Positions 41,601 to 51,220 of a stretch of 64,000 bases of DNA are shown piece after piece. The DNA is taken from the NCBI GenBank assembly GCA_951406725.2, contig OX597825.1, positions 36,084,001 through 36,148,000 on the forward strand, read 5' to 3'. Position 1 is the first letter of the stretch. Every line of letters begins with the position of its first letter. Under the pieces are notes generated by a model. That model was not told where the DNA came from, made no database searches, and worked only from the letters and a program-made list of their open reading frames with translations. This DNA is from Octopus vulgaris (Eukaryota). The translations under genes and the position numbers were made by a program.

Positions 41601-44600
41601 CACGAGGTATATATGAATAAACGTGTGTTTGTCCGTTACCACCGTCTGACAACTGGCGCTGGTTGATGACCCGCTCCAACATAGCGTTTCGGCAAAAAGG
41701 TGCCGCTAGAATAAAGTACCAGGCTACAGAAGATAAAAAAAAAAAAAAAAAAGAAAGCACTGAGGTTGATTTGTTCGACTTCAAAGCAGTGTCCCAGCAT
41801 GCTACATTTCAATGACTAGAACAAAAGATAACTGAAGACTACGCGGTCGAAAACGTATATGTAAAATTTAATAAAAAAATAAAAGTATTTTGGGACAGTT
41901 TTTTTTTTTTTTGCCAAATAAACACACGCACTATATATTCGCACTTCACTCGTTTATTACTGTTCTTATTCTAACTCGTGTCCATTGTCTGGTAATCTTT
42001 CGTTATACAGTAGTGGTAAACGAGATAAGCAGAAATATAAATAACCAACCCGAAATACAATGTTTCAACACAGTTTTACATTAGGAATCTTGCAACACAA
42101 AAAAGTCATGAATAAACTAATTACCCCAATTTTGAAAGGATTTTGTAATATAACTTTTTCCTAAGTTATCTGATGTTCGGAATACTGCAAAAATTTGACT
42201 AAAATTGTGGTGGACAGTTTCAATTTCAGGTAACTGAATGTAAAAAGCGGTTTAATTAATTAACAGCAAATCTAAATTTCACTTCGAAGAATAAGGGTTT
42301 TATGACAACATTAAGCAAAAGGTTATGGATGTAACGTTTGAGATGGGGGAGACTTAAATTATATTGACTAAACTGGTAACACAGGGCCGCTTATTTTAAA
42401 GAGACGAAGGAGTTGATCAAACCACCTCCAGATGGGATTTTAAGTGAGCTGAATTTAAAGGGAGTTGAACTTCGCATGTAAAGAGATTTAGTTAAACTGT
42501 AGAATTAGTTTAATGACGACGCTCTTGTTGAAACTGAATAATATAGGTATGTTAGCTCCCGCCCTACAACAATTACAAAAGGTTACTGCAGAGTATGCTA
42601 GTTACTTGATAATAATCACCCGCCTCTATCTCTCTCCTTAGTCCTTACAGCTAACATTTATATATGCTGTATAAATGTATGTGGTTATGTATATGTGTTT
42701 TTAGAACAAGAGGGGTGAGAAAGATTAACGTAAGTTTTAAGATTGTAATTACAAAATTTAAAAGTAACTAGAATAAAAATAACATTTGCAAAATTGATAA
42801 AGAAAATAAAATGACTTCAAGAAGTCGGCCTTTGTCAGATTTGAAATCTTATACTTGTGTACCATCCCGGCCACATGCATGCAATATATTTAAAAACCCA
42901 ACTTTTCTTTTCCTGCATGTTCGTACTAATACATAATCAAAACACAGCTACATAATGGTATTTCGAACTAGCGAGAGGATGAGAACATCACGCGATAGGA
43001 TGACTCGACCTACTAGAAATAGCAGCTAAATCGCTGGCAATATTTCTCGCATATAAAAAGACGGGACGGTCACACTAGGAATGCCTTTGATCATAGATCT
43101 GCAAGCTCAGCGACGGCATGAAGATGTAGAAATAACATTTCGTATTTTAACAAATGATATACAATAAATAGCACTACATCTAGCAATAAGGCTCAGTCTG
43201 GGTTATGTACTATATAATATATGGGGTAATTTTATAACTTTTCCATTCGTTTTATCTATTTCTCTAGTTTTATCTCACATTATAACAAAACCTATAATAA
43301 AAAGATAAGAAAAAAAAATTCTATATTTCATTCATTGTCTTTCACAGCCTTTCCTACTAACGGCATTTAATAATCGTAAACAACAACACCCAGTGCTAAA
43401 CATACGGGACTACATAGAAATGTCATGCTTCATTCATTCAGTTTGCAACTTACTTTACTTGTGTCTGCAAAAATTAATTAAACCATATTAATTTCGATTT
43501 CATATTCAATGGACGTAAAGGAGGTTTTATTTTTGTAGACAATTTAATATGAGTTAATTACGACAACCAAGACAAATTAACTTGATTATAGTTTCATAAA
43601 CAACACCAGGTTTTAGCACGTTCAGGGATTTCGACATGCTCATTTGTTTTGTTTTATTTCTTTAATTAGTTGTATCAGGAGCCGCTGTTTACATATTAGT
43701 CGACAATTTTTACTGAATTTTCTAATAATATGCTAAGTAAAAATAAATTCTGTTTAGCAAAATAAAGAGTGGAGTTGTTACTAATCCATTTGAAGCGAGT
43801 AGAAAAAGTTCTTTTGTAGGGGAAGCGGTTGGCTAAGTGTTATAAATTTTCTTAGTCGAAACACGTTATGTGGTTGCACCTAGTTAGTTACGGAGTGACT
43901 GAAAGGCTAAGAGCTTCGAGAATAGGAACTTATCCAACTAGTTTTAAATCACGGGGATTACATTTATATACCAGTGACAATATCTTTGTTTGCATCGCCA
44001 AACCGGCGAAGTGAAGGAATACGCACACCACCCATTTTCGGCGTAACCCAAAACCCAAACGTCGAAAACGGGTGGTGTGCGGATTCTTTGTCTTCGCCCA
44101 CAAAACCTATAGATATATATACTTGCATGCATGAATACAGCTACACATTCAGGTTTATAGATATACACACACAAACGAAAGAACAGAAAAATACTCGAGA
44201 CATACGGCAGAGACAATAAAGGAAACTATAACCTAGTTTTAGTTGTTACTCCGTGTTATGCGTCAAAAAGCATTGACAATAAACTCCGAGCAACGAATGC
44301 AAAATGTTAATTCATGCACACACACACACACGTTTCATATTAAAGCTGTCTAACGTCTTAGAAACACAAAAGTCATTAAATTTTCTTAAACGTTAATGCT
44401 TCAGGTATTTATACTTAACATGTTTTTTGTACAAACTATGTTATAACAAAATATATTTTTAACAAGGTGAATAATGTTAGTGCCACATTATCATTGGATC
44501 CACTAAATTGTTTTGGGGTCACATGCACGATTTCTGGTTTTGTCGCTTAACAAGAACCTGGTGGAGCCGCTAAGTTAATTAACTCAAACATTACTAGTCC

Positions 44601-44793
44601 TGCGAAGAATGGATTTTAGTTATATATTTCTTTTATGCATAAAAATCTGAAGCAATTTTTTTCCTTCGCAGATTCTTGTTTGTATTTATATTCTGTTATC
44701 CGTTTGCATTTTGTTTTAGGGTCGCTGTGCTGGTCTTACCTGGGAGTATTTGATCTTCACATCTTTGATGGGTGGTGGTATTCCTCCAGACAT
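16214..44793 (-). CDS. ALDH1: Aldehyde dehydrogenase, ALDH1/2 family, cytosolic ALDH1-like (retinal dehydrogenase / omega-crystallin relative); 14 coding exons, 496 aa
   Basis: Spliced exons of 54,105,141,127,62,129,114,103,185,165,158,75,40,33 nt = 1491 nt, all GT-AG with matching phases. Motifs present: [26 protein letters not shown] (Glu268), GQCCVAGS (Cys302), [19 protein letters not shown]-terminus QKNS*. No mitochondrial leader peptide. Confidence 0.95.
16280..16715 (-). mobile_element. Two tandem SINE family C copies
   Basis: AAAGGATGAAAGGCAAAGTTGGCCTCGACGGAATTTGAACTCAG; similar copies near 19920-20320, 28110 and 50040. Confidence 0.75.
18070..18109 (-). CDS. ALDH1: ALDH exon 13 ([13 protein letters not shown])
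   Basis: 40 nt, CAG/GTAAG. Confidence 0.93.
19488..19562 (-). CDS. ALDH1: ALDH exon 12 ([25 protein letters not shown])
   Basis: 75 nt, CAG/GTAAG. Confidence 0.95.
21040..21398 (+). mobile_element. SINE family A
   Basis: GTGGCTGTGTGGTAAGAAGCTTGC..GGCACCTTGGGCAAGTGTCTTC..GACTGAAACAAG. Confidence 0.8.
21814..21971 (-). CDS. ALDH1: ALDH exon 11 (IFGPVQQI...[15 protein letters not shown]...AGTVW)
   Basis: 158 nt, TAG/GTAAG. Confidence 0.95.
22276..22948. repeat. Imperfect inverted repeat (~270-bp arms) in ALDH intron 10
   Basis: GTTTACAGTTACTCTGA...GAAGAGATTAGTCTATCAGG (22276-22548) versus CCTGACAGACTAATCTCTTC...TCAGAGTAACTGTAAAC (22680-22948). Confidence 0.85.
23094..23258 (-). CDS. ALDH1: ALDH exon 10 ([10 protein letters not shown]...[22 protein letters not shown])
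   Basis: 165 nt, TAG/GTAAG. Confidence 0.95.
24058..24281. mobile_element. Mariner-type MITE
   Basis: TA|CGAGGG..GTGTTAAAAAGTTCCTGG ... CCAGGAACTTTTCAGCACCTTCCTTG|TA. Confidence 0.8.
24306..24454. mobile_element. Tc1/mariner-type MITE
   Basis: TA|CAGGGTGTTCATAAATTA ... TAATTTATGGACACCTTG|TA. Confidence 0.8.
25040..25224 (-). CDS. ALDH1: ALDH exon 9 (...[14 protein letters not shown]...ENGPQ)
   Basis: 185 nt, CAG/GTAAA; catalytic Cys. Confidence 0.95.
25357..25670 (+). mobile_element. SINE family A
   Basis: Same head and core as the other copies. Confidence 0.75.
26070..26460 (+). mobile_element. SINE family B (relatively young, CpGs retained)
   Basis: GGCGTTAGGAAGGGCATCCAGCCGTAGAAAC..GGACGCTAAATGACGATGATGAT. 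Confidence 0.8.
26703..26805 (-). CDS. ALDH1: ALDH exon 8 ([26 protein letters not shown]...)
   Basis: 103 nt, TAG/GTAAG; general-base Glu. Confidence 0.95.
27500..27613 (-). CDS. ALDH1: ALDH exon 7 ([22 protein letters not shown]...AFTGSTE)
   Basis: 114 nt, TAG/GTAAG; NAD-binding FTGS motif. Confidence 0.95.
28306..28362. repeat. (CA)n microsatellite
   Basis: Seen directly. Confidence 0.95.
29071..29199 (-). CDS. ALDH1: ALDH exon 6 ([11 protein letters not shown]...[19 protein letters not shown])
   Basis: 129 nt, CAG/GTAAG. Confidence 0.95.
29434..29495 (-). CDS. ALDH1: ALDH exon 5 ([21 protein letters not shown])
   Basis: 62 nt, CAG/GTATG; not in the ORF track. Confidence 0.95.
30245..30693. 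repeat. 22-bp polypurine minisatellite (GAGAGAAGGAAAGAAAGCGAGC)n
   Basis: About 11 near-perfect units, then degenerate units toward exon 4. Confidence 0.95.
30746..30872 (-). CDS. ALDH1: ALDH exon 4 ([11 protein letters not shown]...[16 protein letters not shown])
   Basis: 127 nt, TAG/GTAAG, ends in phase 1. Confidence 0.95.
31337..31672 (-). mobile_element. SINE family B
   Basis: CATCATCATCGTTTAACGTCCG..GGATGCCCTTCCTAACGCC. Confidence 0.8.
32137..32545 (+). mobile_element. Helitron-like 5' fragment
   Basis: A|TCTCTTATTATAAAAGGCAGA start inside (TA)n; related copy on the minus strand at ~11700-11830. Confidence 0.5.
32590..32880. repeat. Compound (CA)/(TACA)/(GACA) microsatellite
   Basis: Seen directly. 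Confidence 0.9.
33017..33450 (+). mobile_element. Mariner 5' fragment, same family as 12494-13746
   Basis: AATAATGCGGTTTTTTC.., [32 protein letters not shown] motif. Confidence 0.8.
33470..34106 (+). mobile_element. Non-autonomous Helitron
   Basis: A|TCTATATATATAAAAC 5' end; 3' hairpin CCCGAGCAACGCCGGG then CTAG|T; internal repeated GTCTACGATGAGTC blocks. Confidence 0.85.
34107..34461 (+). mobile_element. Second non-autonomous Helitron in tandem
   Basis: TATATAGCAAAATGTGTGTG start; 3' TGACCCGATGCCGGGTCATAGTGCTAG|T. Confidence 0.7.
34609..34749 (-). CDS. ALDH1: ALDH exon 3 ([14 protein letters not shown]...RDLVYAA)
   Basis: 141 nt, CAG/GTAAG. Confidence 0.95.
38556..38660 (-). CDS. ALDH1: ALDH exon 2 ([21 protein letters not shown]...QESDK)
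   Basis: 105 nt, CAG acceptor, GTAAG donor. Confidence 0.95.
38859..38899 (-). ncRNA. Degenerate minimal hammerhead motif, sense to ALDH intron 1
   Basis: CTTCA-CTGATGA-GGTT(cagtaa)GACT-GAAA-CATG-TC-AAGAG; stem I broken. Confidence 0.45.
39288..39797 (+). mobile_element. SINE family A with a Penelope-like fragment (39485-39588) in its (TA)n
   Basis: Head GGAGTGGCTGTGTGGTAAG, tail GACTGAAACAAGTAAA; insert carries CTGATGA on the minus strand. Confidence 0.75.
44005..44098. repeat. GC-rich hairpin / small MITE-like element in ALDH intron 1
   Basis: GGCGAAG..AAGGAATACGCACACCACCCATTTTCGGCG / loop TAACCCAAAACCCAAA / CGTCGAAAACGGGTGGTGTGCGGATTCTT..CTTCGCC. Confidence 0.8.
44740..44793 (-). CDS. 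ALDH1: ALDH exon 1 ([18 protein letters not shown])
   Basis: CACCATG start context, 18 codons, CAG|GTAAG donor; resembles the ALDH1 N-terminus (P.P...IKYT) and joins exon 2 in phase 0. Confidence 0.85.
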
Positions 44794-46296
44794 GGTGACA
44801 AGAGCTGATTCAGGGACTTTTGAGACAAGCTTCACTCTGCTTTTATCCTATGTACCAAGAGCGGTAGCGGCGGTGACACTAAAGTATTAGTAGTAGTAAT
44901 GATTGTAATGTTGGTGGTAGTGACTGGAGGCGGTGGGAGTGACAGAGTGGTAGTTAGAGTGCGAGAGGAGTATCGAGAAGAATTGGTCTTAGTGGTGGTG
45001 ATGGTAATAAGGCTTAATGTGATAGGGTGGTGAGGTTGTCGTGGGAGGGTGAATCAGTAGTAACAGTGAAAGAGATGGGTTGGTAGTGATAGTGGTGGAG
45101 GGAAGAGAAGAAAGTGGGGAATAGTAAGAGTAGACTGAGTTGCATATCTGATAAATCTGCTGTTGTGTAATAAAATCGACTATTTGAATTATATAGAAAA
45201 ATAAAACAAGTAAATAAACAAAAATAGAGATTTATCCACCCTATTTGCAAGGGAAAAGATTGCATAGAAATAACTGTCGGCGAGGTTCGTCAAAAAGTTT
45301 TTCTAGTTTTATTCCATTTTCATTTCTTCCAGGTTGGGTAATATTGGAAACTTTCAAAAAGTTCTTGACCTAATAGTGCTACAGAAAATTGCTAGTATGT
45401 AATTAACTCTACAAGTATGTTAGAGCTGCCAACAGGGTCTGTTCAAAATGCATGCTGAGTGTCAAAATCGTTCAGTATGCATTCGTTTGCACATAGAGAT
45501 GCATAAGTACACATGCATATTTATGCGTATGTGTGTATATATGCATATGTAAATATGTATATATATATGTATATGTGTGCGCACTAGATTTTGTCTGTAA
45601 AGAAATATAATACTTTGTTAAGAAGTTAGAATTTGGCAGTTATTGCAAGTTGTGCACCAGCACAGAGGTATTCACTCTTTGACTCATTGCTGTTGGATAA
45701 TTTCTACATTAAATGTAGTCGAGCCAAATATACGTGACGACCACTTTTGCCAATCTCGTTATTTGTATGGCAGGAAATATAGCAAAGGCAAAGAATAAAC
45801 TAAGAATCCCCCTTGTATTAACCTTTTAAATGACATATCCTCGGGTCCGTAGGAAAACTCATTTAAATAGAAGGGGTCCTTGGTTGTGAAAAATTGGGAA
45901 CCACTGCCCTACCGTATTATTGATTTCTATCATAAATACATGATCATAAGTTGTGAGTGATGCGGAAGAGGTTTAATTAATGAAATCGATATGCCGATCC
46001 AGGACCCTAAACTAAATATTTTGATTGGATAGTAATCGTATCTGAAATCTGATTGCTATCAAGATCTTCTGCTTTTAAGATAGCGCTCTACACCAAAGTT
46101 TTTACTATATAGCTCTATTGGGTGCTACTTTAGCGTGTGACCCACTGCAGTATCCGTACGCTAAAGTATGGATACTGCATACTTTATTGCATAAGTATCC
46201 ACATTTACTGCATAAGTATGGATACTTAATATCTACGTATTCATACTTATTCGTGCTTATGAATACTTATTTACTTTTACGTACTATATATATCCA

Positions 46297-46407
46297 TACT
46301 TACATACTTATGTTACGCGAATAATGTAAGTACTTACGTACCTAAATACTTACATACTTATGTTACGTGAATAATGTAAGTACTTACGTACCTAAATACT
46401 TACATAT
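46297..46407. repeat. ~50-bp tandem duplication
   Basis: TACTTACATACTTATGTTACGYGAATAATGTAAGTACTTACGTACCTAAA twice. Confidence 0.9.
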
Positions 46408-46427
46408 ACTGTGAAATGATCTGATGC

Positions 46428-46620
46428 GGGTTAGGATTAGGGTTAGTGTCAGTGTTAGGATTTAGGATTAAAGTTAAAATTAGGGTGAGGGTTTAGGGCT
46501 ATGTTAGAGGTAAGTTTGAGTTTGGTTACATTTAAGGCTAGTCTTAGGGATAGGGTTAAGGTTTAGGATTTAGGTTAGGGCTTAGGGTTAGGGTTTATGG
46601 TTAGGGTTAGTGTTAGGGAT
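46428..46620 (+). repeat. Degenerate interstitial (TTAGGG)n-like array
   Basis: TTAGGG, TTTAGG and TTAGTG variants over ~190 bp. Confidence 0.85.
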
Positions 46621-48106
46621 AATGTTTGATTTTGGGTCAAACATTATAGTATAAATGGTCAGGCTGGCTGTTCGCTGAAGTGGCACAATTTGTTGTTTAT
46701 TATTGAAAATATTGTCCAGGAATTGTTCTCGTTCCCATTTCCTCAAAAGTGATACCATCTCTAAAAACCTCTTCTAAATCATTGATTAGTCCCCTCATAT
46801 TTTATTGTTTTCATTTGCAAATTCTTTATTGAACGTTTTCTGCTCAACTGATGGTCGACAAGATATTTTACATAGTCGTTTAACTTGTTAAAAATAATAA
46901 CCAAATCTCCCACAAACCACGCCATACCGTCTTAAAGAATAATACAATGTAATTCCAAAAGTAGGAGACAGTCACGGCTGGAACAGATTTTTCATAAGTC
47001 TTCTCGATTAGGGTCGACATGAGGTTAAACAAGAAAAAGGAGACCTAGGAAGACATGAAAAGAAGTACTGAAGGTTGATCACAGGACTTTGAATCTTACA
47101 GAGATGATAAAAGGCGGGGATAACTGGCGATATACAGTGCTCAAGAAAAACCCGCTTATCTTGGCGAATCTGAGGTTCTGGAAGCATATACAACCGGGTC
47201 CCAAGTTCAATTTTTTCAAGTCTCCCCCACCTATCATCTCTCTATCACTGATCTTTTCATCATGTGCCTAGCAGTAATTTTTTGAATTATAATTAAATAA
47301 TCAAGCACGAGAATCAAGCGTACTTCATACTCGTCTTTATTTACGTACACAAATCGAGGTTCGGTTGCAACTAGGAGCTAAACCCGAAAGGAATTTCCCG
47401 CAAATATTGAATTCTTTGTGTTCCTAATAAACTCTCTGTGTAGACAACAAGGCATCCATCTTCTAGTTATCCAGGTTCAGCTCCAAACCATTTTCCAAGA
47501 GAAAGGTTTACCCCTGTGACTATCCTAACTTTTCTCCAGGGTTTGTTCATGTGATACTAAGTTACTCAGTGTGTTCTGTCCAGAGAGATCTGATTGAGAT
47601 TTGGCTACTATTTTTAGCTGGTCAAGATACCACGTAGAAGTACCCTCGTTGACTCAGAGTTAAGTTAATTTCGTTAAACTTGAGTTTAACTCAAGTCAGC
47701 TTGAGTAGATTGACCTATAATCAAAGATATTCCAACCACGACCATTCCATTTTCCCCACATTTACGGAACTCAAAGCCCTATTATCTAATGAGTCAACTT
47801 TTTAAGACGATAGGATGTGATTTGAGGTAAATTTTGCAGCTACTTCTTGCAGGTCGAGAAACCACGTAAAGGCTCTGTGTTTGGCTCAGTCTACTAAATA
47901 CACATGCGGTAGAGGCTCACATACGTAATGTAATAAGTTGCAAAACGAGATTATGTTTGCAAGTAGAAGGTAAATACTCCGTTCGTGAATTTAAATACAA
48001 AAAACAAGAGAAAATAACCCCAATATGTTTAGCTTATCTAAACTTTTGGTAGATAATGACAATGCAGTTAGCTGTAGATGTCTTTAAAGCTAAATGGTGG
48101 ATATAA

Positions 48107-48141
48107 CAGACATGTTTCGATTTTATCAGGTCTCCTCAGTG
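48107..48141 (-). ncRNA. Minimal hammerhead-like motif (Penelope type)
   Basis: CA-CTGAGGA-GAC(ctgataaa)ATC-GAAA-CATG-TC-TG. Confidence 0.5.
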
Positions 48142-48312
48142 AAACATATTTAGTTTAGTTGGTTAAAGTTGGAAATACAGGGGAAAATGTAGTGACACTG
48201 AATAATGTTACACATATTTAATGAACGAAGTGTTTAAAAAAAGTTAACTACACATATGTGGGTCGAGGAAAAATAACCCGAGTGTGCTTCTTCGTACTAA
48301 ATAAACATACTA

Positions 48313-49602
48313 CGAGAGGCGTTCAATGAGTAATGCCCCTGACCCACTTCCCATAGCAGTAGAGCAACGAAACTTGGCACAGTTATTAGTCTTTTTCTAC
48401 ATAGGAACCACCTAGAGTTACGCATTTCTCCCATCGTTTGATGCAGCTCTGGAGACCATTTTTGTAGAAGACCCCAGCTTGGTCCTCCAACCAGGACGTG
48501 ACTTCAGAAACCAAGGCTGCATCATCTGGGAAACGCTTTCCTTTCAAAAACAACTTCATGGCTGGGAAGAGGTGAAAATCAGAGGGTGCAAGGTCAGGAG
48601 AGTAGGGGGATGGGGCTGGAGTTCATAGCCGCACGCCTGTGCTTTTGATCTGGCGACACGCGAGTTGTGGACCGGAGCGTTGTCCTGCAGGAGGAGGATG
48701 CCTTTGCTGATCTTGCCCCGCCTCTTGATTTTGATAGTTTCTCTTAATTTCCTCAAAAGTGAAGCATAATAGGCTCCTGTAATTGTGGTACCCTTTGCCA
48801 GGAAATCTGTCATCACTACTCCGTCCTGGTCCCAGAAGACTGAGCATGACCTTGACAGCGGAGGGCTGCACCCTTGCCTTCTTTGGAGGAGGTGAGTCAC
48901 GGTGCTTCCACTGCATTGACTGGGCTTTGGTTTCTGGATCATAGTGATGGACCCAGGTTTCATCCTGTGTAATCAGTCTTTTGGAAAATTTTGACTCATC
49001 TCCTTGGCACATCTCCAAATTCATCCTCGAGCACTCGACGCGTTCTTGCTTCTGGAAAGGTGTGAGCAACCGGGGAATCCATCTGGCAGACACCTTTTGC
49101 ATATGCAGATGGTCATGAATGATAGTTTCCACAGACCTGGTACTAATCTTGACCTCATGGGCTATTTGGCGAATAGTTATGCGTCGATCTTCCAAAATGG
49201 CAGCCTCAACTTGACGGACAGATGCCTCATCAATGGCAGAAGTGGGGCGACCAGACCTGGAAGCTGTTTCCACAGAGTTCCGACCAAGTTTGAATTCACG
49301 ATGCCAGCGTTTTACAAGGTCATATGATGGGGCATCATCACCATAAGTTACTTTCATTTCATCAAAAGTCTCCCGTGGTGTGCGACCTTTCAAATACAAA
49401 AACCGGATCACTGCTCGACACTCAACAGGCTCCATTTCACACTTGACTCAGTTCAAACACCTGTCAATCAGAAACCACAATTAATTCCGAGCTTTAATTT
49501 GCCATTTAATCTATAGAGATATAAATAATTGCACATGCAAAGTTTCAGCTAGATCAAACAACTGCAAGTGGGTCAAGGGCATTACTTATTGAACGTCCCT
49601 CG
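48313..49602 (-). mobile_element. Full-length mariner (1290 bp) with TIRs and TA TSD
   Basis: TA|CGAGAGGCGTTCAATGAGTAATGCCCCTGACCCACTT ... AAGTGGGTCAAGGGCATTACTTATTGAACGTCCCTCG|TA. Confidence 0.95.
48386..49435 (-). pseudogene. Mariner DD34D transposase with two frameshifts
   Basis: HTH region, WIPRLL, QDETW, QDNAPVH, YSPDLAPSDFHLF, ...GGSYVEKD*; frameshifts near 48845 and 48605. Confidence 0.92.
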
Positions 49603-50853
49603 TATATTTTATCAATGGCCTAACTTGAGTGCTGTTTATAGAAATACAGACTTGCTTTGTCATGGATTCTTATCAACACATGTCTGTGTTTCATAGATTT
49701 GTAATCTGATTGCAACAGAACATTGTTAACCCTAAACCTAACCCTATCCCTAGGCGTAATCTAGGCCAGTCTCGAATACATATAGTCATGTACAAGGAGA
49801 TAATTACGGAGCTTCTATACGAGCGCTCGACCTGCTTGGAATAGCTATCGAATCACGAATTACACCTGGACGTCTTGAAAAGAAGGATAACCTGGACATT
49901 GAAATCCTAATTATGCAAGGTCGAACAAGTACGGTGAGAAGGTTGAACAGGCTCAGCTTCTACACCTTTGAATATGTGTGTGCCCAGTCAAGGTTGAACT
50001 GGACCTAAACAGCAATAATAGCAATTCTATTATAATAGTTTCAAATTTTGGCACAAGTCCAGAGAAGGGAGAAAGTCGATTATATCGATCCCCAGGGTTC
50101 AACTGGTACTTTATCGACTCTGGAAGGATGAAAAGTAAAGTCGACCACGGCGGAATTCGAACTCAGAACGTAAGAACATTCGAAATACCGCTCAGCATTT
50201 TACTCGGCGTGCTAGCGATTCTGCCAGCTCACCGCCCAAGCAATCCTATTATCAGGAAGTCAGAAATTCACCTAGAGTAACAGATTCTACAATTAAAGAC
50301 TAGAGGAAAACACTACAGTTTACCCTCTTTTATTCATAATTCTAAAATACGATTTAAAAAAAAAATGTTTGATTTTTACTTTGTGAAGGCGCATGGCTCA
50401 GTGGTTAAGAACGTCGCTCTTGCAATCATAAGGCAGTGAGTTCGGATCGGGTTGTGTGTTGTGTTCTTGAGCAAGACACTTTATTCCATGTTGCTCCAGT
50501 TCATTCAGCTGTAGAAATGAATTGCAACGTCCTGGTGCTAAGCTGTATTGGCTTTTGCCTTTCCGTTGGATAACATCAATGACGTGGAGAGGGGAGGCTG
50601 ACGTGAAGAGGAGAGGCTGGTATGCATGGGCGACTGCTGGTCTTTCATAAACAACTTTGCCCGGACTTGTGCCTCGGAGGGTAACTTTTTAGGTGCAATC
50701 CCATGGTCATTCATGACCGAAGGGGATCTTTACCCTATACCATATTTTACTTTATTTTTTAGGGAGAGAAAAAAAAAAGGGTCCAGATGGAACATTTCAG
50801 AAACCGTTCATTAGTTACCATTAGAAATGCTTAGTTGTTGCGGGGCTACTCGT

Positions 50854-50951
50854 TGAAATTACATTTCATAATAGAGTTCATTACATTATGAAATTACATT
50901 TCATAATAGAGTTCATTACATTATGAAATTACATTTCATAATAGAGTTCAT
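50854..50951. repeat. 35-bp tandem repeat, ~2.8 copies
   Basis: TGAAATTACATTTCATAATAGAGTTCATTACATTA. Confidence 0.95.
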
Positions 50952-51220
50952 GCATATATTGTGAATGTAGTTTCATCTAAATTTGGCGCTAATTCAGTTT
51001 CATACAAGTAACGGATTCGCTTTGGAAATGTTTCGCTTTTTTCAGGACAGAGGACTTTACTCCCAACAGCTGGTGAGCTGTTGGGAGTAAAGTCCTCTGT
51101 CCTGAAAAAAGCGAAACATTTCCAAAGCGAATCCGTTACTTGTATGAAACTGAATTAGCGCCAAATTTAGATGAAACTACATTCACAATATATGCATGAA
51201 CTCTATTATGAAATGTAATT
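50927..51220. repeat. Perfect inverted repeat, 145-bp arms, 4-nt spacer GGTG
   Basis: 50927-51071 is the reverse complement of 51076-51220. Confidence 0.95.

Noticed and set aside
16214-44793. Calling the gene omega-crystallin or mitochondrial ALDH2
   Set aside because: Catalytic Cys/Glu and the GGK motif are intact, there is no mitochondrial leader, and intron 4 is ALDH1-type; orthology needs a phylogeny
44841-44847. GATAAAA TATA-like box upstream of ALDH exon 1
   Set aside because: Non-consensus and the TSS is unknown; an upstream non-coding exon cannot be excluded
46428-46620. True telomere
   Set aside because: Short, degenerate and internal to the sequence
48386-49435. SETMAR host gene
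   Set aside because: No SET domain; it sits between TIRs with a TA TSD and is frameshifted
50854-50951. 35-bp repeats resembling a CRISPR array
   Set aside because: Repeats are contiguous with no spacers, the context is eukaryotic, and there are no cas genes
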